NCBI RefSeq assembly: GCF_000143415.4
Contig: NW_003314301.1
Span: 832,711-896,710 of the forward strand
Direction: 5' to 3'
Length of the DNA stretch: 64,000 nucleotides
DNA from: Selaginella moellendorffii
Lineage: Eukaryota > Plantae > Lycopodiophyta
Shown one piece after another: positions 40,271-50,163 of this stretch. Under the pieces are notes generated by a model. It did no database searches and had not been told where the DNA came from. It saw only the letters and a program-made list of their open reading frames with translations. Within the stretch, counting starts at the first letter, position 1, and every line of letters starts with the position of its first letter. Both the position numbers and the translations under genes were made by a program.

Positions 40271-40571
40271 GGATCCTAACATTGGTATCGGAGCCCAGTT
40301 CGATTCTTGTGGCTGACGAGTGGGGCAGGAATATTCTGAAGGAATATTCAACATGGTGGATCTAGAGGGAGAACCAAAGTTTGGTAAACCCTAAGAGAAG
40401 GACCATGGTGACCGGATGGTGGCCTAAGTATGATCGCGGACAATCATTCCCTGATGAAAGGGAGGATTGTTAGGCACCAGGTCAGGATAATAGGATAAAG
40501 AAAGGGCACTACAATCAAGTGATCACCCCTTTAGCCAGTTGGCTTAGGGTGTAAGGGATAAGATCCTAACA
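40271..40571 (+). mobile_element. TRIM-like unit: LTR tail, PBS 40283-40295, ~160 bp internal region, PPT 40456-40466, 104-bp LTR 40468-40571
   Basis: ggatcctaaca-t-tggtatcggagcc ... gaaagggagga-t-tgttaggcaccag...gatcctaaca. Confidence 0.72.
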
Positions 40572-40730
40572 GCACCTCTCAAAGCTTAGATTTGACATTC
40601 TTGGAGCTCTTTGGCAATATCAACATTGATTCTCAGAGAAAAAGCCTGCTAGGTGTTCGATCCTTTGCAGCAGATTCACAGTAGCCACATTGCCAATCCC
40701 TGGATCACTACGCACCTCCGAGATGAGCAT
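40572..40730 (-). pseudogene. ZIP4: ZIP4 fragment, right half
   Basis: Matches 24010-24112 and 13010-13152. Confidence 0.7.
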
Positions 40731-41239
40731 CTTGACAGCAAGCTATCCCTCGTCCAGTCCTGCCAAGCCTAGAATAGTTTCCCGCTCAACTTTGAATCGG
40801 CAAGATGTACACGTGGCCACCCGTAATTGGGTTTTGTCGGTGGAATTAAACATTGCCACGTGTAAGAAGTTTTGATGCGAGAACAAGACTGCCAGTACAT
40901 GTACAGCCTGACAGCTAATGCGACCATTAAAAAAGCAATGGATGGTCTCTTGGTGGGACATTGATTTGATCTTCTCTTCTTTTGAAAGGTACGCTTGTTA
41001 CACGCGACTAGTCTAAGTCGTGCTTTAGTCTTCTTTTCCTCCGTTTTTAATGGTGTCATCTAAAAAATTAGAAAACGCGCACGCGAGAGAACCCACTTTG
41101 CATCATTTTGTATGTCTGAACTGGCGAGTTTCAGTGCAAGAAAGAAAAGAAAAAGAAACAGCATTTTACCTTGAAAAGGTGTCGAGATTGTCGTCCAAGA
41201 ATTCACGAGTCTGTTAAGCAAAATACAGAGCTTGTATCC

Positions 41240-44200
41240 ATGGCCAGCCTCGATCCCACGGGTGTGCTGGGAGCGCTTGTTTCTGAAGCTCTTAAAGAAG
41301 TGATTGCGCTTGCCAAGTCTGCCATTCATTGCAAGAAGAAGTGCAGCGAGTTGGAAGTTTCATTGACCGAAGCATCAGGTCTGCTAGGTGAAATGAAGAG
41401 ATATTCTGCTGCCGAGGGCTCTCTGAGCTCCTCACAACTGGATTCCTGGCTGAAAGCCCTCCAAGCCAAGGTTGAAGAGGCTAAACCTCTTGTTCTTGAA
41501 TGCCAGTCTCTGCAAAATCCCATTCTAGATGGCGTAAAGAGGTTGGTTGGTTGTGCTTCTCTTGGGATATTTCTGAATTGAGTTTGTGATTTTGTTTCAG
41601 GATAACACTTGCTACCAAGATCGAAGACTGCTCCAAGGCGATCCATGGGCACTTGGCTGCAGCTCCTCGACATCTTGTCGTTGAGCTTTTGTTGAAGAAG
41701 CCAAAAGAGGTGCCCTCTAATGTGGTTCCAAAGGAAGAACAGCATGTGGTTCCTCTGGATGACCACATTTTCGGTATGGAAGAGACGCTAGAGCGGGTTG
41801 TATCAAACTTGCTGGGGTCCCCTGTAAGCAGAAAGTGGATTGGAGTCCATGGAGCAGGAGGTGCTGGAAAAACACTCCTGGCCAAACGAGTATGTGACAA
41901 CGATCAAGTCAAGGGGCGTTTCGATCCAGTTTTGTGGCTAACATTCGGTCAGTCGGTTCAGGTACGTTCCTCAAGCGTATAATGTAACATATTGAGCGGC
42001 TATGGTTGTATCTCCTCAGGTGGAAGCAAAGCAACACGAACTTGCCAAAAAAATCCGACTAGAAGGTGATCAGATCAGCAATGAAACTCTGAGGAGGGGG
42101 CTTGTTGGGAAGAGATGCTTGCTAGTGTTGGATGATGTCTGGAAGTTCATTCATTTGGATCTGTTTGATGTGGTGCAAGAGAATGGAAGCAAGATCTTCA
42201 TTAGCACTCGAAAACGTGATGTGCTTGACAGTAGAGGTGCAATCAAAACCGAGATGGGGCTCTTGGGTAAGGAGGACAGCATGAAGTTGTTCGCAGTCCA
42301 CGCATTCCCAAACCAAAATCATGCTCAAGTCAGCAAGGCAGTGGTGGAGCAAGTTGTGGAAAAGTGTGGGGGGCTTCCATTGGTCTTGAAGGTAATTGGC
42401 AGAAGAATGGCAGCCACACAAGATTGGGACTATGTTCTGAGCAAACTCAAGGATCAACAACTTATTGCTCTTGATGAGGAACAACAGGTACTGGAGCGAC
42501 TCAAGCTGGGTTATGATGCATTGTTGCCCCTTCGCATCCAGCAGCACTTTCTCTTCTTTGCTGCATTTCCAGAAGACTGGCCGATTCGATTTTGGGAGCT
42601 GTTCAGGTGTTGGAAAGGGGAAGGGCTGGTTGCCAACATAGCAGAGGCCACGAATGTTCTAGAAAGGCTCAAGAATCACGCACTTATCACTGAAGAAGAC
42701 CACTGGCGGGATTATAAGAGGTACAGGATTCACGATGCGTTGCTGGCTCTTGCTTTGCACATCCTGGAAAAAGAAGTCCCCAAGTGTTATTTCAAGGCTG
42801 GGCAGTCGCAGATGAGGGATGTGGGGGACGCTTTCACGAGTAACTACAGTAGGATTTCACTGTTTGGGTGTGGAATTTCGGAAATCCCTCTGCCCAAGAA
42901 GAACAGGGTCAAAGTTTCCAGCACCACTTGCCTGCTCTTGGATAAAAATCCCCGTCTCACTGCATTCCCAAGCCTCTCTCTTTTCGAAGGCTTGAAGGTT
43001 TTGTGCCTGAGTCACACTGGGCTGATAAGTTTGCCACATAGCATTGGACAGCTGAAGACTCTGGAAACGCTGGATTTGTCTTGGAATGATTCACTCAAAA
43101 GCATCCCAGATTCACTGGGCAACTTGGCGAATTTATCATATTTGAACCTGGAAAACTGCAGGAAACTCAAGTCTTTCCCTGTGGATGCTTTGCTCAAACT
43201 CACCAAGCTGGTCTACTTAAACGGAAGGGGATGTCGGAGAATGTGGACATGCCACAGGCTGCATCATCGGCTTTTGAAACATCAGAAATGCGTAAACAGA
43301 AAGCTTGGAAGACTCCATCTGGATGGGATGTTTCAGGCATTGACAGAGTTGGCGGTGTTTATTATTCATACAGGGTTGGCTGTGGATCTACCAGCAAGCA
43401 CAGGCAAACTGGCCCATTTGAAACAGTTGGAAATACAGGGTTGGAAACAGGGAATATGTGACAGCTTTCAAGGCTTGCCCGACCTTGAGATTTTGAAACT
43501 CTGGGGATTGGAGCTTCCATTGACCTCAGACTGGGACTGGAGCAGATTTCCGAGGTTGAGAACTTTGGAAGTGAGCTGCTTTGGGAAAAGTGACTTTAAA
43601 GTAACCTGCAGCATGGAGAACTTGCAGGAATTGAAACTCTGGGGATTGGAGTTTCCTTTGCCAGACTGGGACTGGAGTAGATTTCCGAGGTTGAGAACTT
43701 TGGAATTGGAAGTGAGTTGCTTTGGGCAAAGTGACTTTAGAGTAACCTCCACCATGGAGAACTTGCAGGAATTGAAACTCAAGGGATTTCCATTGTCAGA
43801 CTGGGACTGGAGCAGATTTCCGAGGTTGAGAACTTTGGAAGTGAGACGCTTTGGGCAAAGTGGCTTTAAAGTAACCTCGAGCATGGAGAACTTGCAAGAA
43901 TTGCATATTTGTCACAATGACCACCTTGAAGGGCTTTCTTTCTTAACACGGGAAATGTTTCCCATGCTGGCAACACTCCACCTTTCGGGATGCGAAAAGT
44001 TGATTGGGGTGCCCACCATCTCTCAACTGGCATCACTCAAGGTCCTCAACATCTCCAAATGTCCCTCCTTGAAGGACCTCTCCATCTCGTTCCTTCCAAA
44101 TCTAGAGCATCTTGCTCTAGATTTCTGCAACGATGTGACCACCATCAACATATCCGAGTGCCCATCACTGACAGTTGTTCGAATTGACTCCCTTCACATC

Positions 44201-44601
44201 CATGCCCATGTTGTTGCATTCGGTGGCAACTTCCCGCGACTTGAACAAATAATCCTTGGTGGATTTGAACAGCTTCCATGGATGCCTTCCCACAGCTGAC
44301 GCAGCTGGAAATAAAACGCTGTGGTATTGACCAACTACCAGAATGGTTTGCATCACTCACAACGTTGAGAACTTTGCGATTAACTTATTTGAAGAACTTG
44401 GATGGGATACCCGATGGTGTTGCAAGGCTTCCTCTGCTAAGGAGGCTTGATCTGGGAGGTTGCAAGAAGATCAACATGTTACCCTCTGCAGATTCTGAGG
44501 ACAGCTCCTTCTATCCATCCTTGGAGTACTTATGCTTGAGAAACACATCCGTCTCTCAAGAGCACCTCTCGGAACGCCTTCGAAAAATTGCAAAGTTTTA
44601 A
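41240..44601 (+). pseudogene. RPW8-like NB-ARC-LRR (NLR3), exons 41240-41541, 41601-41961, 42020-; frameshift gives a 980-aa product ending at 44299
   Basis: Same motifs as NLR1/2. A 16-nt deletion relative to NLR2 at ~44277 moves the last ~107 LRR codons (44278-44601) out of frame. Confidence 0.85.
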
Positions 44602-44650
44602 TGGGAAGTTTTTTAGAAGATGAGGACCTCTGCAATAACCAAATCTCAAA

Positions 44651-44830
44651 TTAACCAAGCTTTGGAACAATGCAAAGAGTCCATCTTTCATGATCAGTGT
44701 CATGTTGGCAGTACTCCAGTTCAACCTGGAAAACGAACAGACAGAATCATAGTACCAAAGCAACAAGCCTCGTTTTACCTCGAGCAAACAAACCAGCACC
44801 CATAAAGAGATCACGCACAGGTTCGCACGA
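44651..44830 (-). pseudogene. Chimeric CYP94-3'/methyltransferase remnant
   Basis: Same junction, at 44707/44708. Confidence 0.85.
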
Positions 44831-44854
44831 GAATCAAGACGGAGCATCTTCATT

Positions 44855-45226
44855 TCATACAAACCTGGCCATCTTGAGAGTGCTCCACCGGGTAGATGCC
44901 AAGAAGAGCATCTCGCTCGCGATCTGACGAAGCCGAGCGTGGTATTCCGCCGAGGAATCCACCGCTGCGCGGCCTGGCGGCTGCTGCTGCTGCTGCTGCT
45001 GGATGCTGTTGGCGATATCCACGCAGGTGTTCCAGATCCGGTAGCTCAGCTTCCAGATTTGCAGCCGCTGCTCCTCGGAGAGCTCGGATTTGAGGCCAAG
45101 CACGCATTCTTGGAGTTCGGAGAAGTCTGCTCGATGTTGCAAACGAGGCGCTCGATTCTCCGCAGCGGATTCACAGTAGCCTCATCCCTGGATCCCTGGA
45201 TCACTAAGTACCTCCGAGATGAGCAT
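44855..45226 (-). pseudogene. ZIP4: ZIP4/SPO22 5' fragment with expanded CAG tract
   Basis: IWKLSYRIWNTCVDIANSIQQQQQQQPPGR. Confidence 0.8.
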
Positions 45227-45319
45227 CGTGAGAGGAAGCGATCGCCGCGTAGCCCTAGAATATTTTCCCTTCCCTCTTTGTTAGGGCTCGGGAATCGATC
45301 GCTGCGCCATGGGACAGCA

Positions 45320-45819
45320 ATGGAGGCGTGGAAGGTATGGAATCTCTCGTAGTTGCCGCTTCACAGCTTTAGCTTCCAGTCTTAGCACTGTGTGAGCTTG
45401 AGCAAGATTTTCCGCAAGAAGTACATTCGCTACACACGCCACTAAAGTCAGTGGTGCTTAGTTCCTGCACGAGTCTTCTTTCCGTCCGTTTTTAATGGTT
45501 TCGCTTAAAAAATTCCTGGTTGTCTGGAGAAATCTCTATAATGAGTCCTGGTGAAGCAGCTCGAGAGGACGGATCCAGAGAGCTCCCTCAGCGTCAAGTC
45601 AAGGACGAAATTCCCAAATCGTCTTCACCAACGATTCACTACCTTCTGCGGAGGAGTGAGTATCGACATACTCTCTTCAGCGGCATCGTCACACTCAGTC
45701 AGAATCATGGGAGGGTAAAGTTGATCTTTTTTCTTCGGCTTGCAGAGCGGTCCTTCTCAAATGCATTCAGTACCACAGGAATTGTCTGCGGCTTCCTGAT
45801 AATGCTCGTTGTGGCATAA
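45320..45819 (+). pseudogene. Amino-acid transporter 5' fragment
   Basis: Paralog of 13225-13775 and 28551-29063. Confidence 0.5.
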
Positions 45820-48800
45820 TTCTCAATATGAGTCTCTTGCTTTCCACATTGGTGGGAAGTGGTGGAAGATTCTCTCTTTTTTCAAGTTTCTAAAAGCTTT
45901 CTCTCTTTTCTTTTTTTTCACAGCTTGCTACCGAAATGAGCATAGTGGTTCTGCTCATTGGGAATGCTAATAGGTAGCAGGCGTGTGCTTATGATCTTGT
46001 CTGTCGTCTTCATTGTCGCTCCACTTTGCCTGGTGAAAAAAATGAGACAGGTATAATTTTGACATTCTTTGTCTTCTGATTTAACTTCAATGTAGCTCGA
46101 ATTTTTTGCAACTGTAGGAACATCGATTGTTATATTGCTAGAAACTTTCAGTATTTTTACCTTGATTGACAGGCTGACCACCAATATTCTATTGACCGCA
46201 ACCACGACATTCTTTTCTTACCCTCTTATCGTTGGGAATTCCAGAGACAATAAGCTATCGAAAGAATGCAAAGACAAAATCTAAAGGACCATTTGGACAG
46301 TCTCGGGAGGAGGACACTCTGGATGAAATTTCAATGGCAGGGAGATTTAAACAGCCAGGGATGGAACTCTGTTGGAAAGTCTTCGTCAGGAATCGTTTTC
46401 ATGGGTGCAGAATGGAAATGGACGTCTTTACTGTGAAAAGAGGAAGAAATGTTTCAATCCACTTTGCCTTGACCTTCCTAGTACTTTGTCCTGGTCCTGA
46501 TCAGATGCTCAGGTGTAAACCAGAGCAACGAATTGCCACGACTCATGTTATGTAGCATCTTGATAAAGTCCTGCCTAGGCAGATTGATCTACTGCGTAGA
46601 AAAGCCAAGCACCCAAGGGCGGAAGGCAGGGAGAGTACTCAGGTGGCTTGTGTAAAACCACGGTGTTCCGAAATGTTGTTCCAAAGTCCCAGACTGTGGA
46701 AAGTAAGAGGAGTAGACCTTTGGCATAGTGACTAAGGACATAATCACATGGTGAGGAAGTCCCAGAGGGCATTGGGACTTAGTGGTCGAGCCTGTGGGCC
46801 TTGATCCAGTGGCAGTGTTGGTGAATATGGCCAAGGGTAGGATGGGATTTGGTTGGGACTGAAAGAGGGATATTGGGGAAGGTTGTTCTCCTTGTCGGTG
46901 GGCATCCGAAAGATGTTAAGGAGTGGATCTGTGATGACCACTCATGGATGGTTGGCCCAGTCTTGGAGTGGTAGGACTATGATGCAAGTGGTATTAGACC
47001 ACTAGTGTAACAAAGGTGATTGGGCATGGCCTTAGCGTAACAGGCTGCTATGTCAGTGGTACCTTTGAGTGTCGGTCATGGGATCGGACACATGAATCAC
47101 TTGGACCAAGTGAAAAGGTTAAGTGGCAGGGATGCCATTCTCGGGGCTAGCAAACCCAAGTCTGAAATAGAACTTATAAAGGTTGTGAGTGAGACTCCTC
47201 CAAGTGGTTGAAGGTGTGGTTAAGTGGCTAAAGTAGAATGGAAAAATTAGTCACTTACAATTTGGTATTGGAGCTATTCCTTAGTTCGATTCTTATTGGT
47301 GGCCAAGTATATCACCACTTGTATTGGAATTAGAAGGTCCTAAATATGGACCTATCCTCAAGGAGTAGCATGTCAAGAGGACATTGCTCTCCACTCAAGT
47401 TCATGCGTGAACTTATGCATGATGTGGTGGATGGAAAAGTGCCAATAAGGGAACGACTTTGGGATCTTGGGAACAGTGTAAGGCTTTCCTCATTGAGTGA
47501 GGATGTGATCCAGATGAGCGTTTGACACAGCAAATGGGCTAACATAGTTGTGGTAAACAACTATAGTTGGGATCACAGGAAAGATGCATACTCCAAAACA
47601 ATAAAGGAGTCACAAGATTACCCTCATATAGTTGAGGCTAGTGCTCATAACTTTGAGACCGGAATTGATGACCATGGGAGGTCAAATACAGGAGAGGACA
47701 CAAGTCCTCGAAATGGTAGCTGAGGCTACCCTTGATAAATGCTGGAACAACCTAAGGAGTTGAGGATGTACTTAAAGGATGAGTTGGTATTCTCATCACA
47801 TGGACAAGTGGTCCTAAGGGGGCAAAAGGTTGCCCCAAGAGAACAAATCAAGTGTCGAAGTAGCACTTGCAAAGATGGTTCTTGTGAGTAGGACCTAAAT
47901 ACAAAAAGTTGTATTCCAGTGAATTGGCACCTCAAAGGTAAGACATCACGGGTTGTCAGATGATGAAGTCCAAAAAGCTGGATGACTCAAACAAGAGTCA
48001 AAGAATAATCCTAAAGGATTGATAGCAACATTTGGACTGAGGTGTGTTGTACCCCATAAAGGATGGGGGGGATCATAAGATCCAAGTATGAGAACAAAGG
48101 GTATTTCATCAATGGTAGAATGTGCCATGCTAAAGTCGTAAGAAAAGTGTTCCCCCAAAAGAAAGCAACTTTGGCATAGAGTTGTGTGTGAACACTATGG
48201 TGTAATGCTAACGAATGGTTGGCATGAGAAACATTGTATTAGTCTTGGCAAAGACTTAGACACTAATAAGTAATGTCATAAAGATAGGCTCATGGAGCCA
48301 ATGGTGTGGAGACACCAAATGTGCCAAGGTGTGATACTTTGAGGTTATGTTGGTGGGTTCATGAGAACCCCTTACCAAGGGAATCCCAAGAATTCTAATG
48401 GAAATAGGAATGGCATAGCCTAAGCTGGAAGGCATGTAGTTGGAGTGTGGTGACCCAAATAATGATAGAGGTGTGGAAGCACCAAGCAATGAGTTGTAGA
48501 ACTTAACAACTATAAGGCAATTAAGCAAAATGTGCAAAATAATTGGTTAAACTGGTAGAAGGTAGCTACCTAAGACTTCTGGGATAAGGAAGTTAGATAT
48601 ACCCTTATAGAAGATAAATTGCTTATGTTATGATATAGTGAGTCAATGCTCATTGTCAAAGAGGCCATCATTGGGACATCTAAACAGTCTAGAACACCTG
48701 GAGGTGGTGTTTGATGTCGCGAGGGCAATAGATAAGGCTCAAGGGACTAAATCCCTAGCAAATGATGAATAGAAGGTGTTATCCAAATGTCCAAGGTTGC

Positions 48801-50163
48801 AAAGACGAAAGAAGTCCGTCTATCCGAATTGGATAAAGCCAAAAATGGAATTTTGGCAAGGCTAGTGATGGGCATATAAAGGCCCATATGTAACAACATT
48901 AATCCTAGTATGTGGGATTATAAGGTGAGCATACTGTAAGGAACCGACTCCCCGAGATGTCATAAGCTAAAGGATCCCCAAAAGCTTGACCGAAATGACA
49001 AAGAGTTCATCGGATGGGACCAAGTCGAGGATCGAGTCCAAGACCGACTCTAGGACCGAGTTCGAGATAGAGTCCAGAATCGAGTCCGAGACCGACTCGG
49101 GGACCGAGTTTGAGTCCAAGTTCGAGACCGAGTTCGAGACGGAGTCCGAGATCCGAAATCGGGTCCGAGACCGAGTCCGAGGTCAAGTCCGAGGTCGGGT
49201 CCGAGATCGGGTCCGAGATCGAGTCCGAGATCGAGTCCGAGACCGAATCCGAAGTCGGATCTGAAATCGGGTCCGAGATCGAGCCAGAGAGTAAGTCCAA
49301 ATACTAATACGGGTCAAGGGGTGAAAGCCCAAAGCATGCGTCTCCCGGGGGGGGGGGGGGGGGGGGGGGCTTCCCGGGGTTCCCAAAATTTTGTAGGGGT
49401 TTGGGGGTTTTGGAACCCCTTTTGGAGGAACTTTCCAGTGGTGCTTCCAAACTAACTTGAGGTTGAGATTGGGGCCGAGGGGCCTTGGGTGGGAGTGAGC
49501 ATGGGCTTGAGTGGTGCCGGAGGGGCCACCCAGGGAAGTGCTCAAGAGCAGCTCCCACTCCCGAAAGGGAAACCGACTGCGGTGCTCCCGGCTCATGTGG
49601 AGTGGTGCCCCACTTGAGTACCTTGTGGCTCATTGGTCCTCGCCCTCCCTAGGGGCTTGGGCCTTCCCTTCGGGATGGAAGTGGGGGGGTAGAGGTACCC
49701 ATACCAGGCCGTTAGGCCACGGTGTTTCGCCCCGACGTCCCGAAGCAAGTGCTACACCCAAGACTTGGGATTTAGAGGGTCCCATGATCAAGTCTTGTGG
49801 TACCAAGGGGTATTAGGAATCTGGAGGCTTGGTGTGCTTGGCTGCTTGTGCCTGTGGGGAGTGTAGCTAAACCTTAAGTCCAGTCTAACCCGGAGAGGGG
49901 GATTGGGAGAGATTTGGGAATCCGTAAATGGATGGCTAACACTCCGTTGCTTGTGCAGTGAGTAGCTGAAACCAAGTAGGACCAAGTAGGAGCTGGTACC
50001 ATAGGCGGGAACCTTGGCGAGGGAACTTAGCACAAGCCAATGCAGAGTTGGTCGGATAGACGAGATAAGCTGGCAAATTGGAAAGGAAAAATTTGTGGCT
50101 TACAATTTGGTATCGGAGCCTCTTCCTCAGTTCTAGCGAAGGATAGAGGCGGATTGCTGGGAG

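Larger units (their letters stand above)
35648..40571 (-). mobile_element. Ty3/gypsy retrotransposon (3' LTR 35648-35880, PPT 35881-35893) fused to an inverted TRIM-like unit; flanked by acacc/gcacc
   Basis: TGTTA...TAACA termini, gag-pol domains, near-TSD inside a ZIP4 fragment. Confidence 0.88.

Noticed and set aside
40441-40470. CTGATGA as a hammerhead ribozyme core
   Set aside because: Sits in a simple hairpin overlapping the PPT; no stem II or three-way junction.
49346-49440. Local high divergence between 5' and 3' LTR and a possible G-quadruplex
   Set aside because: Follows a ~24-nt G homopolymer and looks like homopolymer-smeared low-quality sequence.
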